From a virus (taxonomy: Duplodnaviria > Caudoviricetes): a stretch of DNA of 64,000 nt. The DNA is taken from positions 64,001-128,000 of the IMG/VR virus record IMGVR_UViG_3300001598_001658. The stretch is one strand, 5' to 3'. The translations under genes were made by a program, and so were the position numbers. Positions 31,820 to 42,089 of the stretch are shown piece by piece. Under the pieces are notes generated by a model. That model did no database searches. It saw only the letters and a program-made list of their open reading frames with translations, and was not told where the DNA came from. How positions within the stretch are numbered: the first letter of the stretch is position 1; each line of letters begins with the position of its first letter.

Positions 31820-31849
31820 AGATAGAAGGGAAGAAATTCCCTTCTATCT
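31820..31849 (-). terminator. terminator after the tail tube gene
   Basis: AGATAGAAGGGAA / TTCCCTTCTATCT. Confidence 0.75.
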
Positions 31850-31874
31850 ATAATAAACTAAAATTTATTCAAAA

Positions 31875-33032
31875 TTAGTTAGTTGTACCAGCCGCATTAT
31901 CTGTAGCTTCAGCACGTCCATCGATGTTACCTACAGTCTGATTATCGATTACACCCATTTCACCGAATGTACCTGCAGTTGTTCCCTGACGGAAACGAGC
32001 AAAGTACGGTTCAAGATATGTAGCGCGATTTTCACGTAATGTATCATCATAGATTGGTGTTTCACCAGCTGCTTCAGCCTGATCTTTAGCGTTATTAAGA
32101 CGAGCTTCAATATCAACAGAATTCTGTTTAGCCCAATCTTCACCAGATGCACCATAGATTTCACTATCGTACATATATGAAGGAAGGAGCTGATTGAGAT
32201 AGCTCTGTCCATAGAGGTTGTAACCTTCAACAACTTTACGAGCGAAGAGGTCGATTTCTGGACCACGATCGTACTGACCGCTGAATTCTACATCCATGTC
32301 TACACCAGAACCAGCATCACCAATATTACCAGAGTTCATATGTGAAGCTTTTTCTGAATAAGGCATAATTTCATGCCACATACAAGCAAATTCAATATCC
32401 TCTGGACGACAAGTAGGTCCAAGTAAAACGTAGAGGATTGAACCAGCCATATTTGGCAATACAGCGCGAAGTTTAGCACCGTACATATGGCAAACGCCAG
32501 TCTTACGGTCTGAAACACCAGAAATCCAGTAGTCAAGGAACTTACGTACTGGTGAACCAGCACATTCACGAACCTTTAATGTAACAGAGTTACCAGATTC
32601 GTGGTAGATTCCTGGATAAGATGTAGTTGCATGAACTGCACCATTCTGGATATCAATTTTATCGATTGAGTTTTCAGGAACACCTGAAACTTCCATAACC
32701 ATATCTTCAAAAATCCAACGAAGATATTTAACTGCCAAGTCTGGGAAGAAAGGAGGAGCCTTTACCCATTTAACAAGGAAGCGACCAACGCGGAATGGTT
32801 CACGTGCAGCCATAACCATAGGATCGGCAGACTGAAGACCATTCTGTGTATTAAGACGGTTAAGAACGTTACCTGCAGGGCCTACGGTGGTTGTTTCATA
32901 ACCGAGCCATTCCTGAGCTGTTGGTTTCCAACCCTGAAGTCCATTTACGCCGTATCCAGCAGCAACATCGTCGCTTGGTCCACGATTGAGGAATCCGTTA
33001 CTTACGTCTGTACCTTTAGATGAATAACTCAT
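31875..33032 (-). CDS. tail tube protein
   Basis: Lies between sheath and tape measure. ECAGSPVRKFLDYWISGVSD tube-like motif; high-expression codon bias. Confidence 0.7.
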   Translation of the reverse strand: MSYSSKGTDVSNGFLNRGPSDDVAAGYGVNGLQGWKPTAQEWLGYETTTVGPAGNVLNRLNTQNGLQSADPMVMAAREPFRVGRFLVKWVKAPPFFPDLAVKYLRWIFEDMVMEVSGVPENSIDKIDIQNGAVHATTSYPGIYHESGNSVTLKVRECAGSPVRKFLDYWISGVSDRKTGVCHMYGAKLRAVLPNMAGSILYVLLGPTCRPEDIEFACMWHEIMPYSEKASHMNSGNIGDAGSGVDMDVEFSGQYDRGPEIDLFARKVVEGYNLYGQSYLNQLLPSYMYDSEIYGASGEDWAKQNSVDIEARLNNAKDQAEAAGETPIYDDTLRENRATYLEPYFARFRQGTTAGTFGEMGVIDNQTVGNIDGRAEATDNAAGTTN

Positions 33033-33044
33033 ATATCATTCTCC

Positions 33045-35024
33045 TTATGCACCGCGTTTAGCGTAAATATTTAATGTCCAACCCTTAGTCATACCTGGGA
33101 AGTAATAAGTAAGGTCACAAGTTGAAGTGTCGAGAAGCTTGTCGCGTTCTGACTGATAGAGGTTGGCGGCAACAGTGATATTTGATGGATAACGACCAGA
33201 AAGTCTTTCTGCAAGTTCTGCTGAAGACTTACGAATAGCACCAGCGGCACCATCGTTATCATATACATACTTGATAAGTACAGACTTAGCAAGACGTACA
33301 GCATCACCGATAACCATACCGTTACGAATTGACTTAAGACGTGATGTTGTCTGAGTATACATGTTTTCTTCAGACATGTAAGCTACAGTACCAGCACGAT
33401 CGATCTTAGTTGCAAAAATACAACCAAGCTTACGTAATGGTGTAAGCATTGTGTCGTTTTCATCTTTGTATGGTAACCAATCGTATTCCATAGTTGTTAC
33501 TTTAGCAACCTGGTATCCAGCAAATACACTGAATGTTCCGAGCAATCCATAACATTTTGCAAGACCATATGCATAATCATAAGTTCCTGTTACGTGTACA
33601 TTTAATGCGCGGTCAGTTGTATAACCAGCATGTACGATAACTGCAGCAGAATAACCAGCTGAACCATCAACCATACCATAAACGTTTTTAGCAAGATTCA
33701 TAGCCTGTGTACATGTTTTAGCTGTAGTTCCGATATCTGCAATAACCATAATATCAGGGCGAATATCGCGGAATTTTCCGAGCATTGTCTGTTTTACAGA
33801 ATCTGCCGCAATATCATAATCTGCATCAAATACGATATCAGAATAAATCATTCTTTCATCAAAGATTGCAGGATCAATCTGTCCTTTGAAGAAGTTGCAA
33901 AGAAGAGTGTTCTTTGTAGATTTAACTTTTGCTTCATCAACTGTAATAGTTGTTGGCACACCTTCGATTAACTTAGTATATGTATAACCAAGCTGAAGAT
34001 CACCATCAGAACCACCACCAAGCCAATAGATAGCATCAGAACCGATAGACTGAAGTCTTTCAGCTGTAGCATCGAAATGAATTGTTGGTTCTTCGGCGCC
34101 ATATGTATATTTTGCTTCTGCTGTATCATATTTGAAATAAGAAACACCAGATTTGTTTGTAAGTGAAAGAATATCGATATCTTTTGGACTTACAGTAGAT
34201 GGACAAGCTTTTGCAATAAGATTTTCAAGATATTCATAGTTGTCCATAATGTATGATTTACATTTATAAGCTCTTTCTGTACCAGAAGTATCTTTATCTG
34301 TAAATACATACTGAAGGTTTTCGTAAACACTTGAACCTTCCATAAGACGTGCATCTGGATTTAATGAGAAGAAGAACTGAATACCTGTATCTGATGAATT
34401 ACCATTATCATCTTTTTCATAAATTTTGATAATGTATCTGCGTCCATCTGTAACAGCATCATCGCGTTCATAATCGTTTGAAATAGAAATACCGATATTG
34501 TTTCCGCATTTACCGGCACCATTGTAAACTACTTTAAATAATGGAATTGTGTGAACTCCTTCATTTACAGTAATTTTTCCATCAACAACTGATGTAGCAT
34601 CAGCAGTTTTATCGAATACGATTTTTGATTCGATTTCTTTTGTTGTTACAGTTTTATCTTCGATAGTTCGTGTAATTTCTTCGCCTTCTTTTAACTCAAG
34701 TTTAACAAGAAGTGCAGCTGTTGTTGCGTTATCTGGAAGTAAACGACAAACTTGAGCTGAAGCTCCACCACCCATACCATGGATGAGATTCAACCCGCCC
34801 TGACCAAACTTTTTGATATCTGTCATATCAGCACCGTAAACAGACTGAACGAGAGATGATGAATTAAAGTCCAAGATTTCATTAGCCTTGCCTTTTGAAG
34901 CAAATATAGGCTGAAGAATTGTCAAACGTTTTGGAAGAATAACATCAGGTACAACTACCGCAGAATCATCATAAATTGTTGTGTTAATGAATGCATCTGA
35001 AACATTTAACGATTTATAAGTCAT
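33045..35024 (-). CDS. tail sheath protein
   Basis: 659 aa with N-terminal SKGKANE...YG...KFGQ and internal GAGKCGN / LGGGSDG sheath-like motifs; upstream of tube; late motif at 35124-35113. Confidence 0.75.
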   Translation of the reverse strand: MTYKSLNVSDAFINTTIYDDSAVVVPDVILPKRLTILQPIFASKGKANEILDFNSSSLVQSVYGADMTDIKKFGQGGLNLIHGMGGGASAQVCRLLPDNATTAALLVKLELKEGEEITRTIEDKTVTTKEIESKIVFDKTADATSVVDGKITVNEGVHTIPLFKVVYNGAGKCGNNIGISISNDYERDDAVTDGRRYIIKIYEKDDNGNSSDTGIQFFFSLNPDARLMEGSSVYENLQYVFTDKDTSGTERAYKCKSYIMDNYEYLENLIAKACPSTVSPKDIDILSLTNKSGVSYFKYDTAEAKYTYGAEEPTIHFDATAERLQSIGSDAIYWLGGGSDGDLQLGYTYTKLIEGVPTTITVDEAKVKSTKNTLLCNFFKGQIDPAIFDERMIYSDIVFDADYDIAADSVKQTMLGKFRDIRPDIMVIADIGTTAKTCTQAMNLAKNVYGMVDGSAGYSAAVIVHAGYTTDRALNVHVTGTYDYAYGLAKCYGLLGTFSVFAGYQVAKVTTMEYDWLPYKDENDTMLTPLRKLGCIFATKIDRAGTVAYMSEENMYTQTTSRLKSIRNGMVIGDAVRLAKSVLIKYVYDNDGAAGAIRKSSAELAERLSGRYPSNITVAANLYQSERDKLLDTSTCDLTYYFPGMTKGWTLNIYAKRGA

Positions 35025-35235
35025 TTTTATTTTCCTCCATTTAGGATTATGCGTGCATTTCGTTATAAAATTTTATATATTAAGTGCAAGTTAATATTTT
35101 AAACTTTAAACTTATTATAATGTTATTTAAAAGTATTATCAACTTATATAAAATATATATTATATTTTGAAGTGGGTGGGAACAATAATGTATGCACACT
35201 TCAAAATCTAAAATAGCTTAATAAAGGAGAAAAAA

Positions 35236-36147
35236 ATGAAAAAGCTATCAATCATCTTAATTCTTTGTGCATTAGTTAATCTAAAAATGTTTTGTAACGT
35301 AATGCCATCTTCCGATTCTACAATTGAATTGAAGAAAAACACATTATTAACTACAATTATGTATTTTGATGAAATCAAAATTGATGCTGATAATTTGTGT
35401 TATAAGGAATTTTTGGAAAATAACCTTCCGCAAAAGTTCGTAAAACCATTTTACGAATTTACAAAAGAAAATAAAAACATTGGTATTGAAATTATTGGTG
35501 TTGGTCTCCATGAAAGTGGTTGGAGGGTATTTCGTGGAAAGGTTAACAATAATGGCTCTGTTGATTTAGGGCCATTAATGTTAAATTCGTTTAATATTGC
35601 AAATGAATCATTTATGAATGCATTTGCAACGGATGATACAAAAAAATATGAATATGATGAAGATATATATTACATGTGTATTTGTATCAATTATTACATG
35701 TCTCTTAGAAGTGAATTGGGACCTTATTCATCCCTTCAAGTATATAATGGTGGATGGAGAACTCAAAATAAAAACTGTTCAAAACAGTTAAAAAAGACAG
35801 TATGTTTATATGCTGATAAAGTATATGGTTTTATAAATCAAACATACGATAAGTGGTCTGAGTATAAAGATGAAAATTTATCAGATTGTGTAGAAAGAAT
35901 AACAAATATCTACACTGCCAAAATTAATTCACATCCATTAATGAACGTGGATAATAAATTCATCAATAAAAGTGTAAATTTTAATTATGATTTATATCAT
36001 TATTCATTCATTAATAACAATAATAAAATTTATAAAAACGATGAAGAATATTACAGACTTTTTATCCTTATGGAATGGCCCCTCTGTAATATTATTTATA
36101 GCTTCAAAAATGGTAGTCCGCATCGGATGATCATCGATATAGTTTAA
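35236..36147 (+). CDS. lytic transglycosylase (SLT-like) with an N-terminal signal peptide
   Basis: MKKLSIILILCAL signal; catalytic ES (LHESG), NxNGSxDxGxxxLNS and YNGG motifs. Confidence 0.75.
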   Translation: MKKLSIILILCALVNLKMFCNVMPSSDSTIELKKNTLLTTIMYFDEIKIDADNLCYKEFLENNLPQKFVKPFYEFTKENKNIGIEIIGVGLHESGWRVFRGKVNNNGSVDLGPLMLNSFNIANESFMNAFATDDTKKYEYDEDIYYMCICINYYMSLRSELGPYSSLQVYNGGWRTQNKNCSKQLKKTVCLYADKVYGFINQTYDKWSEYKDENLSDCVERITNIYTAKINSHPLMNVDNKFINKSVNFNYDLYHYSFINNNNKIYKNDEEYYRLFILMEWPLCNIIYSFKNGSPHRMIIDIV

Positions 36148-36168
36148 GGAGACAGAGAGAAAAAAATA

Positions 36169-36197
36169 GCTACTCCCTCATTTGAGGGAGTAGTTTT
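36169..36197. terminator. bidirectional intrinsic terminator
   Basis: CTACTCCCTCA / TGAGGGAGTAG between convergent genes. Confidence 0.75.
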
Positions 36198-36202
36198 ATT
36201 TT

Positions 36203-36967
36203 TTATACATCACTGAGTGCTTCTTCAATAGTAGAAGCTTTTTGACCTTCATCATAACGTTTTCGATTAATAGACATTGTAATACCCTGTTTAGGGTCAC
36301 CACTAGAAATAGCAGCAAATGTATTATACATACGTCCCAAACTTTCTACTTTAACAAATTGCTTATCACTCATCTTCAACTTTGGATTATCACGAATAGC
36401 TAATCTAAATGGTTTAGTTAAATCATTTGGATCGCGTGAAAGTTCGCCGATTAAGATTTCCATAATAGTATCTGCAATCTGTGTATTTGTTTTATTTTCT
36501 GTACAACATTCATCAAAAAAACTCATAAGTTGATCATATGCTAACTCTTTAGGAATAAAACCTTTAAGTAATAAGTCAACAACCTTAGAAACAGTTTTCC
36601 AAGTCCGAACGAATAATAAAGATTTAACAAAAGTATCACCTTCCTGAAATTCGAGAACTGTAACAAGTTCTTTATTTTCATCACGCGTATCTTCTACATT
36701 CGATGGACAAAGAGTCATTTGCATAGGCATTCTGAAAAGAACTCTATGCGGATTTTTAAGATTATCGATATCAAACTCTTTATCATCCATTCCATATACA
36801 TCTATATAAAAAACACCAATTGTTGCAATTTCAGATCCTACCATTTCTGATATTTTTCTATCAAAAAATTCTTGTGGTATATATGCTCTAACAAATGGAG
36901 CTTTTACAATTAATCTATTATCATTTGTGATAGCAAATGCTTTTTTAATTATATCTTGATCAGTCAT
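36203..36967 (-). CDS. probable split RNA polymerase beta' C-terminal fragment
   Basis: IMEILIGELSRD resembles the beta' HIEVIVRQMLR motif, and NTFAAISSGDPKQGITMSI resembles SFISAASFQETTRVLTEAA. Likely start ATG 36967 after AAGGAG; late motif at 36997-36986. Confidence 0.5.
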   Translation of the reverse strand: MTDQDIIKKAFAITNDNRLIVKAPFVRAYIPQEFFDRKISEMVGSEIATIGVFYIDVYGMDDKEFDIDNLKNPHRVLFRMPMQMTLCPSNVEDTRDENKELVTVLEFQEGDTFVKSLLFVRTWKTVSKVVDLLLKGFIPKELAYDQLMSFFDECCTENKTNTQIADTIMEILIGELSRDPNDLTKPFRLAIRDNPKLKMSDKQFVKVESLGRMYNTFAAISSGDPKQGITMSINRKRYDEGQKASTIEEALSDV

Positions 36968-37009
36968 GATATTCTCCTTTATATATAAAAGAATGTTTTG
37001 TGTAAATAA

Positions 37010-37055
37010 AAATCCTATGTACCTGTAATAAACACATATTTCATTCACATCTATT
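37010..37055 (+). promoter_or_regulatory. extended conserved motif, copy A (AAATCCTATG...GTAATAAAC...TCACA)
   Basis: Aligns with copies at 40627 and 63269 and a partial copy at 46443. Confidence 0.65.
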
Positions 37056-37124
37056 CAACTGATCCCGAAATAGATACAAGCATATTCATAGACCACATGT
37101 ATAAAGTCGTGGTAATTTATGAAT

Positions 37125-37159
37125 AAAAAGAAGGGAGGATATCCTCCCTTCTTTTTTTT
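37125..37159. terminator. bidirectional intrinsic terminator
   Basis: AAAAAGAAGGGAGGAT / ATCCTCCCTTCTTTTT. Confidence 0.8.
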
Positions 37160-37174
37160 AAATGAAATTATTTT

Positions 37175-40100
37175 TTATTTCTTTTCATTTACGATATCAT
37201 AATTTAATTCAAATGTGATTACATCCCAAAGACCAGATTTGAAGAAATTAAGATTTCCATCTGTAATATTTGGTGTATTAGATTTGAGATATTTGATATC
37301 GAATTTACAATTGTTTTTAACAGCAATACTCTTTCCATCAAAATCAACACCTGTGTTTTTGATAATTTTGATAGCAGATTTGATAATTTCTGTCTGAGCG
37401 AATTTAAGACATTCATATACAGAATTACGACATCTTTCACTGAGAGTATATGTTGTAGCATCAATAGTAGAAAGATCAACTCCATCGCGTTTTGCAAATG
37501 TACCATCTACAAACTGATTATAATACCATTTTTCATTGATATTTGTAAGTGTATCATTAGATACTTTCTTTGCAGCAATGTAAGCTTTTCTTACAGAAAT
37601 AGTTTCATCTTGTTTAATAATAGATTCATCAAAAATTCTTTTTGCATTAAGATCAAGAATATCTTTTGCAAATCTTTCGATACGTACGATTACCTTTGTA
37701 TCTTTTGATGGAAATACTTTTACATTGTAAATATCATTTTTTCCTGTTACGTGATATGTATTATCATCTGTTGTTTCTGTGATGATTTTACGATATTCAG
37801 TAACAGCAGTTTTATAAACACCAAGAGCCTTTTTCTTTTCTTTTCCTTTTTCGCGATAAGATCTGATAAGTTCATCATGAGATTTTTTGTTTGATTTCTT
37901 TTCAGTTTTCTTTTCAGCTTTTTCTTCTTTCTTTTCATCAGAAGTATCGCAAATATTTGCGAGAATATCTCTCAAACAGTTTGTTGCATATCCAAATACA
38001 TATATAAGAACTTCGCGGCGAGATGTTTCAACATCAACATCGCGCTGAAGAGAATAATCGATACTGTTAAATGCGATATTCTTTGCGCGTCCTTTAATGT
38101 ATTCTTTGTATGTCTGATCCTTTGGACAATTTCTAAATGCTCCAGATTCAAGAATATATTCAGAGAAAATATGTGAAGTGCAGTCGTAAGAAAGAGCTTT
38201 ATTATCATTTTTAGATTCGAAATAATCTTTAAATTCATCAAATGCATAAACGATATTACATCCAATAAGCATATGAACAAATGAATTTATAACACGTTTT
38301 GTTGCTTCGAGTTCCTCTGATTTAAGATTTTCTTTATACCAAACATCAAAATTTTCAAGATTTCCTTCTTTTCTCTTAGCATCAACTTTATCCTGAATAT
38401 CACTTGCTTTCTTCTGGAAATCAACATAAGAAGTAATGAACTGATAAGCAAATGCGATATCAGTCTTAAACTTATATTTATTTTTAATTTTCTTTCCTTC
38501 ATTAAGTTTTGCAAGTTTATATTCATTATCCTGAATATATGTCTGAAGATCTGCTACAAATTTGTAATAAGCAGATGAGAATTTGAGATTATGAATAAGA
38601 ACATGTGATAATACACTTATTGTATCCTTATATTCGTCAATATATGGATCAATGAATTCTTTATTTTCAGTATAGAACTTCTTGAGAATAGAATCAGGAT
38701 CATATTGTGAAGCAAAATCGAGATCAAGAGTATTATCATGAAGAGAAACAAAATATTCAATCATATTGTTAAAACTCATTGAAATTGCATTGATGTTAAC
38801 CTTGTGTTTATTATATTCCTCATCTGTTTCGGATGACATTCTCGAACGAATTAAATTATAGAATTTATCACCGAATACTTTAACATGCTGAGCTTCCAGT
38901 AAAGATTCAGATCTTCCATAATAACCTCGCAATTCTGAATTTGAGAATGCATAGTTAATAAATGAAGCGAAGAGTCCATGACGTCTTACGTAATTCTTCA
39001 ATGGTTCAACAAGTTTAACTCTGAGATCGTCGATTTCATCATCATATTCTTCATATTCTTTTGAAATCTTTTCCCATGGATCAACATATTCTTTTTTAAT
39101 TTCTTCAAGTGTTGTTTTGAGTTCTTCATAATCTGTATTTTCATCAATCTTTGGAAGAAGCTTTGGAAGAGGTTTCTGCATAGCCATTCCATATGCCTGA
39201 TTAATCTGCATTGTTGCACGAGTGTATTTTTCGATATTATCGATAAAACGTGATTCGATTGCACGCTGCTCTTTAATTTCAGCAAGTTCTTTATCTTCAT
39301 CTTCGATACTGATCAATGAAGTTTTAATATCATTATATTCAATAGAAAGTTTTTCTGATTCCTTTTCATCAATCATAGGATTAGAAAGTTTCTTTACAAT
39401 ATTTGTGATATTCGAAATCTTTTCAAAATCAATTGCTTTTGATACTTCTTCGGAATGTTTATTTTCCGGATTTTTAAGATCTTTAGCATGCTGAATTGTG
39501 AATTCGAGTTCACATTCATCAAGCTCTTTAATTGATTCATCAAGATAATGAAGACAGTTATACTGTGCTTCAATTTTCTTCTGTTTATCACGAACAGTTT
39601 TGATTTCTTCAGTTTCTTCGATCGATACTTCGCCTTTTGATTTACGAATAGAATCAACAAATGCCTGTACAAATGCCATATTTGCTGTAGATGAAATCAA
39701 ACCAGCAATAGTACCATCATTCTGAAGCTGACCAATATCATAACGAGATACATTCTGGTATGTTGCGATAATTTTTTTAGCGTTAAGTTCGCGCTGTTCA
39801 AGCTCGAGTTTAACTTTAGGATCATATTTAGGAAGATGATCAATTTCATCCTGATAGATTTCAATTGTAAGTTTTGAATCTTCGATGAGTTTTTCGTCTT
39901 CTTCTTTCTTATCTGAATTCGAAAGATTATTTTCAAGTTCTTTAATCTTTTCGTTGAGGGCAGCAATATTTTTCTTATTTTCTTCCTCAATAGCTTTCTG
40001 AGATTCATCAGATAATTCATTACGAATAGCAAAAATCATATTACGAGCCTGTTTAATTTCAAACTCGAAATCTGTAAGTGCGAGACCTGACATTTTGATA

Positions 40101-40534
40101 CGATTTGCATCATCAAATGTAAATTCAGGAATTCCATCTTTATCCATTACGATTTTGCTCATATCGATAGAAACATCTGTACCATCACCTTCTGTACGAG
40201 CAATTTCTTCAGGAGTTTTAATAGAAGAAATAGTACCATCAGATTTTTCTGTGGCATGTTCATGAGGTGTGATATTTTCTTCACCCAAACGTTTTTTAAG
40301 ATCTTCCTTAATCTTTGGATCGAGATCTTCAAAAGATGTTTCTTTTGCTGCCTCTGGAGGTACTGAATGTACTACATCATTTTTTTCTTCATCCTTGATA
40401 GTATATTCAATACCATCAGATGTAGTTTTTACTTCAGATTCAGAGGATGCGACGTGTTCAGTATCCTGAGTTACAGCAGGATTCTCTGATACATGTTCCT
40501 GTTCTTGTTCTACGACTTTGTTTTCTTCAGCCAT
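37175..40534 (-). CDS. large acidic helical hypothetical protein (1119 aa)
   Basis: Long ORF with GGAGG RBS, TATATTAT at 40576-40569 and coiled-coil segments. Confidence 0.75.
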   Translation of the reverse strand: MAEENKVVEQEQEHVSENPAVTQDTEHVASSESEVKTTSDGIEYTIKDEEKNDVVHSVPPEAAKETSFEDLDPKIKEDLKKRLGEENITPHEHATEKSDGTISSIKTPEEIARTEGDGTDVSIDMSKIVMDKDGIPEFTFDDANRIKMSGLALTDFEFEIKQARNMIFAIRNELSDESQKAIEEENKKNIAALNEKIKELENNLSNSDKKEEDEKLIEDSKLTIEIYQDEIDHLPKYDPKVKLELEQRELNAKKIIATYQNVSRYDIGQLQNDGTIAGLISSTANMAFVQAFVDSIRKSKGEVSIEETEEIKTVRDKQKKIEAQYNCLHYLDESIKELDECELEFTIQHAKDLKNPENKHSEEVSKAIDFEKISNITNIVKKLSNPMIDEKESEKLSIEYNDIKTSLISIEDEDKELAEIKEQRAIESRFIDNIEKYTRATMQINQAYGMAMQKPLPKLLPKIDENTDYEELKTTLEEIKKEYVDPWEKISKEYEEYDDEIDDLRVKLVEPLKNYVRRHGLFASFINYAFSNSELRGYYGRSESLLEAQHVKVFGDKFYNLIRSRMSSETDEEYNKHKVNINAISMSFNNMIEYFVSLHDNTLDLDFASQYDPDSILKKFYTENKEFIDPYIDEYKDTISVLSHVLIHNLKFSSAYYKFVADLQTYIQDNEYKLAKLNEGKKIKNKYKFKTDIAFAYQFITSYVDFQKKASDIQDKVDAKRKEGNLENFDVWYKENLKSEELEATKRVINSFVHMLIGCNIVYAFDEFKDYFESKNDNKALSYDCTSHIFSEYILESGAFRNCPKDQTYKEYIKGRAKNIAFNSIDYSLQRDVDVETSRREVLIYVFGYATNCLRDILANICDTSDEKKEEKAEKKTEKKSNKKSHDELIRSYREKGKEKKKALGVYKTAVTEYRKIITETTDDNTYHVTGKNDIYNVKVFPSKDTKVIVRIERFAKDILDLNAKRIFDESIIKQDETISVRKAYIAAKKVSNDTLTNINEKWYYNQFVDGTFAKRDGVDLSTIDATTYTLSERCRNSVYECLKFAQTEIIKSAIKIIKNTGVDFDGKSIAVKNNCKFDIKYLKSNTPNITDGNLNFFKSGLWDVITFELNYDIVNEKK

Positions 40535-40626
40535 AAAGAACCTCCATATAAATATTATTTTGTACTATATAATATATAAATTATTAATAGTATAAAAATA
40601 TGTAACGTGATATATAAAAATTTAAT

Positions 40627-40672
40627 AAATCCTATGAACTGCAATAAACGTATATTTCGCTCACACATTATA
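40627..40672 (+). promoter_or_regulatory. extended conserved motif, copy B
   Basis: AAATCCTATGAACTGCAATAAACGTATATTTCGCTCACACATTATA. Confidence 0.65.
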
Positions 40673-40722
40673 ATACGAAAGAAGGTGATAATAAAAGTCA
40701 AATACCTTCTAAGGAGCCTATA

Positions 40723-41066
40723 ATGATAGGAATTGATGAATTAGTTGCTATGGATGATAAATATATCCATGCAACTCATATCCACGAGCAGGATCTATGC
40801 TCAAAACCAACAATGATATCCTATTGGATGTCGAAGCTTCATTCTTGAAGCTTGCAGATGAAATCTGCGAAAAATCTGAAGATACGAATGGATATTATGA
40901 GAAGGTTTATCTCATACCAGAATCTTCTACAGAAACAAAATTCAACATTATCGTTGGAATGTTGAAAAATCCAACACCTGGTCTATTTAGATCATTTGTT
41001 GGTCGCGGAGCAATCAGATCTCTTCGCATCAGCGAAAATAACATGATGTTTATTAAATTTAATTAA
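40723..41066 (+). pseudogene. small hypothetical gene with an apparent frameshift at about 40760
   Basis: AAGGAG plus ATG at 40723 (MIGIDELVAMDDK). The -1 frame opens at 40761 (IYPCNSYPRAGS) and runs into ORF 40797-41066, which lacks its own RBS. Confidence 0.55.
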
Positions 41067-41080
41067 TATTCACCGATGTT

Positions 41081-41119
41081 AAAAAAAAGAAGGAGGATTT
41101 AAATCCTCCTTCTTTTTTT
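41081..41119. terminator. bidirectional intrinsic terminator
   Basis: AAAAGAAGGAGGATTT / AAATCCTCCTTCTTTT. Confidence 0.8.
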
Positions 41120-41987
41120 AATTTAATGTTGAGTTGACTTCTACTTCAAATGCATTAATTTGTTTAAAGAAAGGAATAATAATTTTTTTATTAATATATG
41201 TTTCTCTAAACTGTTCATTCATAATTATTTCGAGGAACCATCTTGTTATTAATGATTCTTCTTCATATGAAATATTTAATAAAATATTCATTTCATCATC
41301 AAGATATTCATAATTATCACATGGTGCATATTCATTTAAAGACTGAAAAAAGTTATAGAATTTAAATTCTGTTTCATCTAAAAGAATAAGTTTTGTATAA
41401 TTCATAAATACATCAAATCTTTCTTTATAACTTAATGTATCAAATTCTTTCTTTCTTGTTTCCACATATTGTGATTTAGCAGCACTTATAACTTCAATAG
41501 GATCGATACCTAAAGCTCCGCTATTTTGAATATTTGGTGTTTTATTTTTATAATAAACATCTCTAAAATCATAGCCAGGTTTATAAAAATGATAATCCAA
41601 TAAATAATCTGTGATAATAGATTCAGGATTAACAATCATAAAATAATACATATTGTATACATTATTAAACCTGTGTTCCTCATCGTTAAACATAATTCCA
41701 AGTTTACGTTTAAAACATCGTTCTACAGAATTCATAAAGTTTTCATAATCGTCTCTATTATCTTCATTAATATACATAGGTACAGATTCTGGGAATTCTT
41801 CTTTTGGAACATTTAACGCATTTATTGCAAACCATTTCATATAATCATTTTGATCTAATGGACACTGTACCATTGGCGAAAACTGATAATCTATTTTTTC
41901 CATAAGATCTACAAATGAAATAATATTAATAGTAGGTTCTGTGATTTCAAAACCATCATTTAATTCTTTATCGATATTTTCTAACAT
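41118..41987 (-). CDS. hypothetical protein (289 aa)
   Basis: ORF with AAGGA RBS; variant late motif TACA-N6-TA upstream. Confidence 0.75.
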   Translation of the reverse strand: MLENIDKELNDGFEITEPTINIISFVDLMEKIDYQFSPMVQCPLDQNDYMKWFAINALNVPKEEFPESVPMYINEDNRDDYENFMNSVERCFKRKLGIMFNDEEHRFNNVYNMYYFMIVNPESIITDYLLDYHFYKPGYDFRDVYYKNKTPNIQNSGALGIDPIEVISAAKSQYVETRKKEFDTLSYKERFDVFMNYTKLILLDETEFKFYNFFQSLNEYAPCDNYEYLDDEMNILLNISYEEESLITRWFLEIIMNEQFRETYINKKIIIPFFKQINAFEVEVNSTLN

Positions 41988-42089
41988 AGTTCATTCCTTC
42001 TATTTAATATATATAAATGTAAATGATATTTTCAATTATATATTATTTTTTAGAATCAAAACAAAATAATTATATTCAAGGAGTAAATA

